64,000 nucleotides of DNA from Rhodocyclaceae bacterium (GTDB taxonomy: Bacteria > Pseudomonadota > Gammaproteobacteria > Burkholderiales > Rhodocyclaceae): contig WBUF01000008.1 of NCBI GenBank assembly GCA_008933825.1, positions 4,543 to 68,542 on the forward strand, given 5' to 3'. Under the pieces are notes generated by a model that did no database searches, had not been told where the DNA came from, and saw nothing but the letters and a program-made list of their open reading frames with translations. The position numbers and the translations under genes are program-made. Below are positions 23,647 to 33,735 of this stretch, piece by piece; within the stretch, counting starts at the first letter, position 1, and the number at the start of each line of letters is the position of its first letter.

Positions 23647-23856
23647 GCCGGTCTCCTCCAGATTGTCATGCACCGGTAACCAACGGCCAACCTCGCATGG
23701 CCGATTAAGCGATACCACGCCTGTGAAAAGGACTGCGGGATGGTGTCGCACTTACCGCCAGGTCCGGCTGGGGATTCAGGCCGTAACCTTGTGCGCCGTT
23801 TTTTTAATGATACAAAAGAACCGGGAAATATACTACCTGATGTGTTGAAACGGGAG

Positions 23857-24987
23857 TCAACCTCCGAAGAAATCCTTGGCTTTATCCATCCAGGATTTCG
23901 CGCGAGGGTTGTGCCGGGAGCCGTCCTTGACGTTGATGGCTTCCAGTTCGCGCAACAGTTCCTTCTGGCGATCGGTCAAGTTGACGGGGGTTTCCACGAC
24001 GACGTGGCACATCAGGTCGCCGTGGTGATGGCTGCGCACGCCTTTGATGCCCTTGCCGCGCAGACGGAACACTTTGCCACTCTGGGTCTCGGCCGGAATC
24101 TTGATCTTGGCCATGCCGTCGAGGGTGGGAATCTCGATCTCGCCGCCCAGCGCGGCGATGCTGAAACTGATCGGCATCTCGCAATGCAGGTCATCGTGGT
24201 CGCGCTGGAACACGGCGTGCGGCTTGATGTGGATTTGCACGTAAAGGTCGCCCGGAGGTCCGCCGCCCACGCCATGCTCCCCTTCGCCGGAGAGGCGGAT
24301 GCGGTCCCCTTCGTCCACACCGGAGGGGATCTTCACCGAGAGCGTTTTATGCTGCTTGACCCGGCCGGCGCCATGGCAGGCCTGACAGGGGTCGGCGACG
24401 AAACGGCCGCTGCCGTGGCATTTCGGGCACGTCTGCTGGATGGAGAAGAACCCCTGCTGAATCCGTACCTGGCCGTGGCCGTGGCAGGTGGGGCAGGTGG
24501 TCGGGCTGGTGCCTTTCTTGGCGCCGCTGCCGCCGCAGGACTCGCACTCTTCCATGGTCGGGATGCGGATGCGCGTTTCGCTGCCGCGCGCGGCGTCCTC
24601 CAGCGAGATTTCAAGGTTGTAGCGCAGGTCGGCGCCGCGATAGACGCCGCCACGACCGCCGGTCCGCCCGCCGCCGAAAATGTCGCCGAAGATGTCGGAA
24701 AAGGCATCGCCGAAGTTGCCGAACCCGCCGCCCATGCCGGCGCCGCCCATGCCGGCATGTGGATCGACGCCGGCATGGCCGTACTGGTCATAGGCGGCGC
24801 GCTTCTGAGCGTCGGACAGGATTTCGTAGGCCTCCTTGGCTTCCTTGAAGTGCTCCTCGGCCTTCGGGTTGTCCGGATTGCGGTCCGGATGGTGCTTCAT
24901 GGCCAGCTTGCGATAGGCCTTCTTGATCTCGTCATCCGACGCGTCGCGATTGACGCCGAGGACTTCGTAATAGTCTTTTTTGGCCAT
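23857..24987 (-). CDS. dnaJ: Chaperone DnaJ
   Basis: J-domain HPD, G/F region and four CxxCxGxG repeats. Confidence 0.98.
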   Translation of the reverse strand: MAKKDYYEVLGVNRDASDDEIKKAYRKLAMKHHPDRNPDNPKAEEHFKEAKEAYEILSDAQKRAAYDQYGHAGVDPHAGMGGAGMGGGFGNFGDAFSDIFGDIFGGGRTGGRGGVYRGADLRYNLEISLEDAARGSETRIRIPTMEECESCGGSGAKKGTSPTTCPTCHGHGQVRIQQGFFSIQQTCPKCHGSGRFVADPCQACHGAGRVKQHKTLSVKIPSGVDEGDRIRLSGEGEHGVGGGPPGDLYVQIHIKPHAVFQRDHDDLHCEMPISFSIAALGGEIEIPTLDGMAKIKIPAETQSGKVFRLRGKGIKGVRSHHHGDLMCHVVVETPVNLTDRQKELLRELEAINVKDGSRHNPRAKSWMDKAKDFFGG

Positions 24988-25017
24988 GATGGTTATCAAT
25001 ACACTACAGGCAACGCA

Positions 25018-25058
25018 GCCGGGTTAAGGGGCGCCTCAGGCGCCCGCTTCAACCCGGC
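25018..25058. repeat. Long hairpin (REP-like or terminator-like) between dnaK and dnaJ
   Basis: gccgggtt..gggcgcct-c-aggcgccc..aacccggc nested inverted repeat. Confidence 0.55.
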
Positions 25059-25084
25059 CAGTTATGACGTCACATCGTGACGTT

Positions 25085-27007
<1,923 letters not shown>

Positions 27008-27044
27008 GATGGTTCCTTGAAAATGTTGGTTAAGCCTGTGTCGG

Positions 27045-27072
27045 ATATGGGGATTTAGGGAGGAATTTCAAG
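27045..27072 (-). promoter_or_regulatory. Sigma32 (RpoH) promoter of dnaK
   Basis: Minus strand reads CTTGAAA-N13-CCCCATAT, the RpoH consensus. The -35 box overlaps the grpE stop codon. Confidence 0.85.
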
Positions 27073-27631
27073 CGTCCGGCACTCTCGAGACGATGACCAG
27101 GGCCGGGCGCAGTACCCGTTCGTTGAGTGCGTAGCCCTTCTGCAGCACCTGCAGAACACGGTTCGCCTCGCCCTCGGCCGCGACGGTGCTGATGGCCTGG
27201 TGGAGATTCGGATCGAATTTCTCGCCGAGCGGATTGAGTTCGGTCAGGCCGGATTTCTCGAAGGCCGTGACGAGCTGCTTCAGGGTGAGTTCGACGCCGT
27301 TGCGGAGGTTCTCGGCGGATGCGCCCTCGGCGGCCAGCGCCGCTTCCAGGCTGTCCTTCACAGGCAGCATTTCAGCGGCGAATTTCTCGGCGGCGTATTT
27401 GTGCGCCCTGGCGATGTCTTCCTGGGCGCGGCGGCGCAGATTCTCGGTTTCAGCCTTGGCGCGCAGCCAGGCATCGTTGAGTTCGGCTACCTTCTGCTCG
27501 GCGGCAAGCAGCAGCGCATCGGGGCCGACGAGCCGTTCGGCCGGGGTTTCCAGGCCGCTTGCGGCCGTTGCAGTCGGTTCCGCGGCCGGCTCCGTAGCCT
27601 GGCCGGGTGGGGTCGGTTGGGTGTCTTGCAC
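27068..27631 (-). CDS. grpE: Nucleotide exchange factor GrpE
   Basis: [22 protein letters not shown] and [15 protein letters not shown] motifs. GTG start. Confidence 0.95.
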   Translation of the reverse strand: MQDTQPTPPGQATEPAAEPTATAASGLETPAERLVGPDALLLAAEQKVAELNDAWLRAKAETENLRRRAQEDIARAHKYAAEKFAAEMLPVKDSLEAALAAEGASAENLRNGVELTLKQLVTAFEKSGLTELNPLGEKFDPNLHQAISTVAAEGEANRVLQVLQKGYALNERVLRPALVIVSRVPDA

Positions 27632-27661
27632 GCTTCTCTGCTCCCTTTGGCAATTTCTTCG

Positions 27662-27689
27662 AAATTGAGGCGGTTTCGCCCTTTTCAAG
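27662..27689 (-). promoter_or_regulatory. Probable sigma32 promoter of grpE
   Basis: Minus strand reads CTTGAAA-N12-CCTCAATT, an imperfect -10 box. Confidence 0.55.
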
Positions 27690-27767
27690 GGGGCGGATTG
27701 TAATCCAGGCCGGAAGGCATGGCTGGCGCCCTTGCCGCTTCCATCCTGCTGGCCTAGGATGGCGGCC

Positions 27768-29171
27768 ATGGGAAAGAAGGATTCGGTCGAGGCCATCGGC
27801 AAATATCGCGTCCTGAGGGAACTGGGACGCGGCGCCACGGCCACCGTGTACCTGGCGGAGGAGCCGGGCCGGACGGAGCCGGTGGCCATCAAGCTGGTGC
27901 GCTTCGAAGGCAGCGCTGACGAGGCGCAATGGACGCGTCGGCTGAAGAAGCTGTTCGCCACCGAAGGGGCGATGGCAAAAAAGCTCGACCACCCCAACAT
28001 CATCCGCATCTATGACACGGTGCTCGAGGACGATCAGGCCTACATCGTGATGGAGCACGTCTCCGGCCGGGAATTGTCGAACTTCTGTTCCTTCGACAAG
28101 CTGCTGCCCCTGCACCGCGTCGTCGGCATCATTTTCAAGTGCTGCCTGGCGCTTGACTATGCCTTCAAGCAGGGCGTCATCCATCGCGACATCAAGCCGG
28201 CCAATATCCTGGTCGACGACCAGGACAACGTGAAGATCATGGATTTCGGCCTGGCCCTGAACACGGCCAAGAAGAGCGAGACCGACTCGACCTTCATCAT
28301 GGGTGTCGGCTCGCCGGCCTACATGTCTCCGGAGCAGATCAAGGGCTATCCGCTCAACCAGAAGACCGACCTCTATTCGCTCGGCGTCGTCCTCTTCCAC
28401 ATGCTGACCGGGCGCCTGCCTTTCCGCGCCGCCAGCACTGCGCAACTGGTGTACAAGATCATCAATGCCGATCCGCCCATGCCGAGCCAGATCAATCCGA
28501 ACGTGCCTGCCTCCATGGACAACATCGTTCGCCGGGCGCTGGAGAAGGACCTGTATTCGCGCTACCGCAACGGTGCCGAGATGGCGCAGGACTTGTCTTC
28601 GGTGCGCTTCCAGGTGGTCGACGACAATTGGGTGGCGCTCGACACATCACGTCTGGAGGCGCTGAAAACACTGGAGTTTTTCCGCGGCTTCGAGGAGCTT
28701 GAGTTGTGGGAAGTGCTGCGCATCAGCACCTGGCGCATGATTCCGGCTGACACCCTGCTCATGCGCGAGGGCGACGAGGAGTCGGGATTCGGCATCGTCA
28801 TCGAGGGGGAGGTCGAGGTGTCCGTGGAAGATCGGGTCATCTGCCGGCTCGGCACGGGCGAAGTGGTGGGGGAGATGGCCTACCTCAACCAGGATGCACC
28901 GCGCCGCAGCGCCTCGGTGGTGACGCTGACGCCGATCGCCTATCTGGACATCAACAATGCCGCCCTGGCGCTGGCCACCGAGGAATGCTTCCAGCGGATC
29001 CAGAAAAGGCTGGTGGCGACCGCGATCCGCCGCCTCGCGGCGGCGGATCGCAGCCTCGCCAGCCATGGCGAGCAGGCCCACAAGCCGGTCGCCGCTGAGA
29101 AGCTGGAAATCGAGCTTGCGCTGGAACCGATGGACACGCCGCCCGCCGTCGAGCCGGGGAAGAGGGGCTGA
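27768..29171 (+). CDS. Hanks-type Ser/Thr protein kinase with C-terminal cyclic-nucleotide-binding domain
   Basis: Kinase motifs [37 protein letters not shown] and DLYSLG. C-terminal cNMP pattern REGD...IEGEVEV...[10 protein letters not shown]...RRSASV. Confidence 0.92.
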   Translation: MGKKDSVEAIGKYRVLRELGRGATATVYLAEEPGRTEPVAIKLVRFEGSADEAQWTRRLKKLFATEGAMAKKLDHPNIIRIYDTVLEDDQAYIVMEHVSGRELSNFCSFDKLLPLHRVVGIIFKCCLALDYAFKQGVIHRDIKPANILVDDQDNVKIMDFGLALNTAKKSETDSTFIMGVGSPAYMSPEQIKGYPLNQKTDLYSLGVVLFHMLTGRLPFRAASTAQLVYKIINADPPMPSQINPNVPASMDNIVRRALEKDLYSRYRNGAEMAQDLSSVRFQVVDDNWVALDTSRLEALKTLEFFRGFEELELWEVLRISTWRMIPADTLLMREGDEESGFGIVIEGEVEVSVEDRVICRLGTGEVVGEMAYLNQDAPRRSASVVTLTPIAYLDINNAALALATEECFQRIQKRLVATAIRRLAAADRSLASHGEQAHKPVAAEKLEIELALEPMDTPPAVEPGKRG

Positions 29172-29611
29172 TCAGGCCGTCGGTCGATTTGCTGCAGGCA
29201 GGCGGCCCGGCCGTTTTCGCCGAGACAGATGCCGATCGAGCGCGTCGCCGAGGGAGGCGTTGTGCCGCTGCGCAGATCGAATGGCGCGACGAGGCGATCC
29301 GGGGCAAGGGTGCCGACTCGGCGCTCGCGCAGGTCCGCCAGCATGACGATCGCCTCCACCGCGGGCAACCAGACGAGCAGGCGATCGAATGCGGCGTTGT
29401 TTCCGACGATCCAGCGACAGATGGGTTCCCCGATCAACGGTTTGCCGAGCAGCGGCGAGTAAAGTCAGTCGCCGGAGGACGGCGATTTACCAGTGATTAC
29501 GGCAAAATCGCGCAATCCGAGAAGATGGTGAGACGCGCCTGTCGCGTCGAAAGAAGCTGGCCCGCGAACGAAGCTTTCGCAGAAAGTAAATGTTCGCGGC
29601 GCGATTCGCAC
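29172..29611 (-). pseudogene. Cryptic segment: degenerate ORF (GTG 29611, in-frame TGA at 29467-29465) or structured RNA
   Basis: The minus-strand frame has gene-like codons (RWIVGNNAAFDRLLVWLPAVEAIVMLADLRE...PFDL...TRSIGI) but is broken by a stop and has no clean end. It lies downstream of a sigma28-type promoter. Confidence 0.35.
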
Positions 29612-29632
29612 GTCAGGGCGTCTCGGAAAAAC

Positions 29633-29659
29633 ATATCGGCACGAATGCGGAAAACTTGA
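29633..29659 (-). promoter_or_regulatory. Sigma28 (FliA)-type promoter facing the cryptic segment
   Basis: Minus strand reads TCAAGTTT-N11-GCCGATAT versus the FliA consensus TAAAGTTT-N11-GCCGATAA. Confidence 0.75.
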
Positions 29660-29688
29660 GGCCAATTTATGCGCCGGCGATCGGCGGA

Positions 29689-30123
29689 TCAGGCCTGTGC
29701 AGTGATCCAGCGAACCAGGTTGCCGGCGTCCATGGCACCGGACTGGCGCGCGATCTCGCGGCCGTTGCGGAATACGATCAGCGTCGGGATGCTGCGGATG
29801 CCGTAGCGGGCGGCGATCTCTTGGGCTTCCTCGGTATTCAGCTTGGCCAGACGGTAGCGCGGCTCGAGCTGGTGGGCGGCCTGGGCGTAGGCCGGTGCCA
29901 TCATGCGGCAGGGTCCGCACCACGGCGCCCAGAAATCCACGACCACCGGGATGCCGCTGCGGCCGACATGATCGTCGAAGCGGGCTTCGTCCAGTTCGAC
30001 AGGATGGCCGGTGAACAAGGCCCGCCTGCATTTTCCGCAGTTTGGCCGGTCGGCCAGGCGATCGGTCGGAACCCGGTTTGCGGCATTGCAATGGGGGCAG
30101 ACGATGATGTGCGGGTGCGGCAT
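29689..30123 (-). CDS. trxC: Thioredoxin 2 (zinc-finger thioredoxin)
   Basis: N-terminal CPHC...CGKC and active site WAPWCGPC. Confidence 0.93.
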   Translation of the reverse strand: MPHPHIIVCPHCNAANRVPTDRLADRPNCGKCRRALFTGHPVELDEARFDDHVGRSGIPVVVDFWAPWCGPCRMMAPAYAQAAHQLEPRYRLAKLNTEEAQEIAARYGIRSIPTLIVFRNGREIARQSGAMDAGNLVRWITAQA

Positions 30124-30192
30124 GGGTTGTCCTGGGCCCGGTGTTGTCCGTGTAGGCGTATTTGCTGGCGGCAGGCGGAAAAATCAAGGGCC

Positions 30193-30219
30193 TCAAGTTT
30201 TGTCCTGAACGGCCGTAAC
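30193..30219 (+). promoter_or_regulatory. Sigma28 (FliA)-type promoter of the AP2-domain gene
   Basis: TCAAGTTT-N11-GCCGTAAC located 28 nt upstream of the GTG start. Confidence 0.65.
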
Positions 30220-30247
30220 AGCTTTGTTGCCCAATCCGGAGAATGAG

Positions 30248-30748
30248 GTGAAGAAAAAATCCCCGATCTACGGCGTGACCCGAGTCGATAACGAGGGCAG
30301 TCGCACCCACGGCTGGCTGGTCACCATCCAGCGCCGTGGCGTCATTTTCCGCAAGCAGTTCAGCGATGGCGTGTTCGGCGGAAAAAGCCGATCATTGGCG
30401 GCGGCCAAGGCCTATCGCGACGGGATTGTCGCGCAGCACCCGCCGCTCACGAAGCGGGAGCATGCCGAGATACTGAAGAAAAACAACAAATCCGGCGTGG
30501 TTGGTGTCTGCCGCTACTGCGCCTCCACAGGCAGCGGAAAAGCGCCGGCCGAACAACGCTGGCTCTGGGTCGCCTCCTGGGTGTTGCCCGATGGGCGAGT
30601 CAGGCGGGCCAAGTTTTCCGTGAACAAGTACGGCGAAGAAGGGGCCTTCAGGCAGGCCGTGAAAGCGCGCCGCAGCGCTCTTAGGCAGATGCAGGGCAAC
30701 TTTGATCCCGGTGCGACCCGCCGCAAGCTGGGCAAATCGCGCGCCTGA
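30248..30748 (+). CDS. Stand-alone tandem AP2-domain DNA-binding protein
   Basis: Two AP2-like repeats: YGVTR...GWLVTI....FRKQFS...GG...SLAAAKAYRD and NNKSGVVGV...WVASW...RRAKFSVNKYGEEGAFRQAVKAR. The protein is highly basic, has RBS GGAG and a GTG start. Confidence 0.8.
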   Translation: MKKKSPIYGVTRVDNEGSRTHGWLVTIQRRGVIFRKQFSDGVFGGKSRSLAAAKAYRDGIVAQHPPLTKREHAEILKKNNKSGVVGVCRYCASTGSGKAPAEQRWLWVASWVLPDGRVRRAKFSVNKYGEEGAFRQAVKARRSALRQMQGNFDPGATRRKLGKSRA

Positions 30749-31747
30749 TCAGCCGGCGAGCCGGTTGCTCACCAGGTCGGCGAGCGCCTTGATCCATTCG
30801 TGCCGTTCGTTAAGGCAGGGTATGCAGCGGAATTCCTTGCCGCCCGAAGCCAGAAAGGCCGCGCGGCCTTCCATGGCGATCTCTTCCAGCGTTTCCAGGC
30901 AGTCCGCGACGAAGCCTGGGCAGACCACGTCCACCCGCCCGACGCCGCCGCGCCCCAGCGCCTCCAGCATTTGCCGTGTGTAGGGCTGCAGCCATTCGGC
31001 TGCTCCGAAGCGCGACTGGAAGGCGATGGCGTAATCATCATCGTTCAGTCCGAGTTCGCTTGCCAGCAGGCGGCCGGTCTCGAGGCATTGCCCGTAATAG
31101 GGATCGCCCCGCCCGATGCTGGCCTTCGGCAGGCCGTGGAAGCTCATTACCAGCTTCTCCGGCCGTCCGTAATCCATCCAGTGGGCACGGATGCCGGCAG
31201 CCAGGGCCGCAATGTAGCCCGGGCTGTCATGGAAGCGCTCAAGCGCTTCGATGGCGACGGACTGCGGATTGCGGCGCACCCATCCTGCAACGGCATCCAT
31301 GGCGCTGGCCGTGGTGGTGGCGGAATACTGCGGATAGAGTGGGACGACCAGAATGCGCGTGCAGCCGGCCGCCTTAAGGCGGTCCAGCGCAGCGGCGACA
31401 GAAGGCTCGCCGTAGCGCATGGCCCATTCGACGACGATGTCGCTCCGCCCGGACTGGCCAAGGTAGCCGCGCAGGAGCTTGGCCTGACGTTCCGTGTGAA
31501 CCTTCAGGGGAGAGCCTTCTGGCATCCATATCCTGGTGTACTTGTCCGCCGAAGCCTTCGGCCGGGTGTTGAGGATGACCAGATTGAGCACCAGCCACCA
31601 CAGTGGGCGCGGCAGGCCGACGACGCGGGGGTCCCAGAGGAACTGCTTCAGATACGAGCGCAGGGCCGGCGCCGTCGGCGCTTCAGGCGTGCCCAGGTTG
31701 ATGAGGAGGACGGCCGGCTTGCCTGCGTGCGCAAGGGGCTGCATCAT
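30749..31747 (-). CDS. hemH: Ferrochelatase
   Basis: [31 protein letters not shown]...WLQP and DCLETLEEI motifs. ATGA overlap with hrcA. Confidence 0.96.
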   Translation of the reverse strand: MMQPLAHAGKPAVLLINLGTPEAPTAPALRSYLKQFLWDPRVVGLPRPLWWLVLNLVILNTRPKASADKYTRIWMPEGSPLKVHTERQAKLLRGYLGQSGRSDIVVEWAMRYGEPSVAAALDRLKAAGCTRILVVPLYPQYSATTTASAMDAVAGWVRRNPQSVAIEALERFHDSPGYIAALAAGIRAHWMDYGRPEKLVMSFHGLPKASIGRGDPYYGQCLETGRLLASELGLNDDDYAIAFQSRFGAAEWLQPYTRQMLEALGRGGVGRVDVVCPGFVADCLETLEEIAMEGRAAFLASGGKEFRCIPCLNERHEWIKALADLVSNRLAG

Positions 31748-32763
31748 GGCGCGGAAAGGGCGCTCGAGAGCAGCTTGGCGGTGATGTCGACGATGGGGAT
31801 GACGCGCTCGTAGGCCATGCGCGTCGGGCCGATGACGCCGACCGAGCCGACGACGCGCCCGTCGACCTCGTAGGGAGCGGTGATGACGCTGCACTCGTCG
31901 AGCGGGGCGAGCCCCGACTCGCCGCCGATGAAGACCTGCACCCCTTCGGCCCGATTGCTCAGGTCGAGCAGCTGTACCAGGCTGGTGCGCTGGTCGAAGA
32001 GGGCGAACAGCTCGCGCAGGCGGCTCATGTTGGAGGAGATGTCCGCGATTTCAAGGAGGTTCTTCTCGCCCGAGATGACGTACTGCTCGGAAGTATCCGC
32101 CACCGCCCGGCCGCCGGCTTCCATGGCGGCCGTCATCAATTCGGTCATGTCGGCGTGCAACTGGCGCAGTTCATCGCGCACCCGGCTGCGGATCTCGGCG
32201 AAATCGAGCCCGGCAAAATTCTGGTTGAGGTAGTTGGCGGCGCTGACCAGTTCGGCGGGCGTGTAGGCGCGCTGGGTGAACAGGATGCGGTTCTGCACGT
32301 CGCCCTCGGCCGTCACGATGATGAGCAGGACGCGTTTCTCGGACAGGCCGAGGAACTCGATCTGGCGGATCCTGGGCGTGACGCGCCGCGGCGCCACCAC
32401 GACACCGGCAAAGCGGGTCAGCTCGGACAGCAGCTGCGAAGCCGAGCTGATCAGCCGCTGCGGCTGGTCGGGCTGCAACTGTTCCTCGAGTTCGTGGATC
32501 TTGGCCTCCGGCAGCGGCTGCACGGTAAGCAGGCTGTCGACGAAGAAGCGGTAGCCGCGCGGCGTCGGCACTCGCCCGGCGGAGGTGTGCGGGCTGGCGA
32601 TGAAGCCCAACTCCTCCAGATCGGACATGACGTTGCGCACCGTCGCCGGCGAGAGTTCCAGGCAGGAGTGCTTCGACAAGGCGCGCGAGCCCACCGGCTG
32701 GCCTTCCGCGACGTAGCGTTCGATCAGCGTCTTGAGGAGAATTTGGGAGCGTTGGTCCAGCAT
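31744..32763 (-). CDS. hrcA: Heat-inducible transcription repressor HrcA
   Basis: [30 protein letters not shown] and [10 protein letters not shown] motifs. Confidence 0.96.
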   Translation of the reverse strand: MLDQRSQILLKTLIERYVAEGQPVGSRALSKHSCLELSPATVRNVMSDLEELGFIASPHTSAGRVPTPRGYRFFVDSLLTVQPLPEAKIHELEEQLQPDQPQRLISSASQLLSELTRFAGVVVAPRRVTPRIRQIEFLGLSEKRVLLIIVTAEGDVQNRILFTQRAYTPAELVSAANYLNQNFAGLDFAEIRSRVRDELRQLHADMTELMTAAMEAGGRAVADTSEQYVISGEKNLLEIADISSNMSRLRELFALFDQRTSLVQLLDLSNRAEGVQVFIGGESGLAPLDECSVITAPYEVDGRVVGSVGVIGPTRMAYERVIPIVDITAKLLSSALSAP

Positions 32764-32847
32764 TGCTTGCATTGTACAAAAATGGCGGCGGGATGCAGCA
32801 GATGCAAGCCCCGGAAACGTGCGCCGATTTGTGGTTAAATTCTCGCC

Positions 32848-33729
32848 ATGAGTCCTGTTTTCAGAACTATCGCACTGATCGGCAAGTATAAAAGCCCCGA
32901 GATCGCCGAATCGCTGATGGTGCTGGCGGAGTTTCTCAGGAGCCGCGGCATCGACGTGATGGTCGAGGAGGGCACTGCCGCCCTGGTGGGCGCGGACGGC
33001 TTTGCCATCGCCTCCTACGCCAGCATCGGCCGGCGTGCCGACCTGGCCATCGTGCTTGGCGGCGACGGCTCCATGCTGACGGCCGCCAGGCAACTGGCGG
33101 AATCCGACGTGCCTTTGGTCGGCGTCAATCAGGGCCGGCTCGGCTTCATGACCGACCTCGCCCGCGACGACATGCTCGACGGCGTGGGCGATCTGATCGA
33201 GGGCAAGTTCAAGAGCGAACAGCGCTGCCTGCTCGAGGCTTCGGTGCAGCGCGGCGACGACTGTATCTTCCGCACGCAGGCCCTCAACGACGTGGTGGTT
33301 AACAAAGGCGACCTCGGCCGCATGATCGAGTTTGCCGTTTCCATCGACGGGGAGTTTCTCTATAACCAGCGCTCCGACGGGCTGATCGTCGCCACGCCGA
33401 CCGGCTCCACCGCCTATGCCCTGTCGGCCAACGGCCCGATCCTGCATCCGGCCGTTCCCGGCATGGCGCTGGTGCCGCTCTGCCCGCATGCGCTGTCCAA
33501 CCGGCCGATCACGGTAAGCAACGACAGCCGGATCGAGATCGTGCTGCACATGCCGCATCGCGCCCGCGTGCATGCCGACGGGCAGGAAAAATGCGACCTG
33601 GAGGCAGGGGATCGCGTCGGCGTGTCGCGATCGCGCCTATCGATCCGCCTGCTGCATCCGCTCGGCTACAGCTATTTCGCCATGCTGCGCGAAAAGCTGC
33701 ACTGGAGCGAAACGCCGCGCCGGTACTGA
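32848..33729 (+). CDS. nadK: NAD kinase
   Basis: [18 protein letters not shown] and [14 protein letters not shown] motifs. Confidence 0.96.
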   Translation: MSPVFRTIALIGKYKSPEIAESLMVLAEFLRSRGIDVMVEEGTAALVGADGFAIASYASIGRRADLAIVLGGDGSMLTAARQLAESDVPLVGVNQGRLGFMTDLARDDMLDGVGDLIEGKFKSEQRCLLEASVQRGDDCIFRTQALNDVVVNKGDLGRMIEFAVSIDGEFLYNQRSDGLIVATPTGSTAYALSANGPILHPAVPGMALVPLCPHALSNRPITVSNDSRIEIVLHMPHRARVHADGQEKCDLEAGDRVGVSRSRLSIRLLHPLGYSYFAMLREKLHWSETPRRY

Positions 33730-33735
33730 TGCACG

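Noticed and set aside
29420-29450. Minus-strand GGCAAACC...GGGG resembling a c-di-GMP-I riboswitch
   Set aside because: Lacks the GNRA loop and the downstream GCAAA/P2 elements.
30158-30190. Possible sigma32 promoter for trxC (CTTGAT...CAGCAAAT on the minus strand)
   Set aside because: The -10 box is too far from CCCCAT to support a call.
27632-32847. CIRCE operator near hrcA, grpE or dnaK
   Set aside because: No TTAGCACTC-N9-GAGTGCTAA seen in the intergenic regions; sigma32-type promoters explain heat-shock control of dnaK and grpE.
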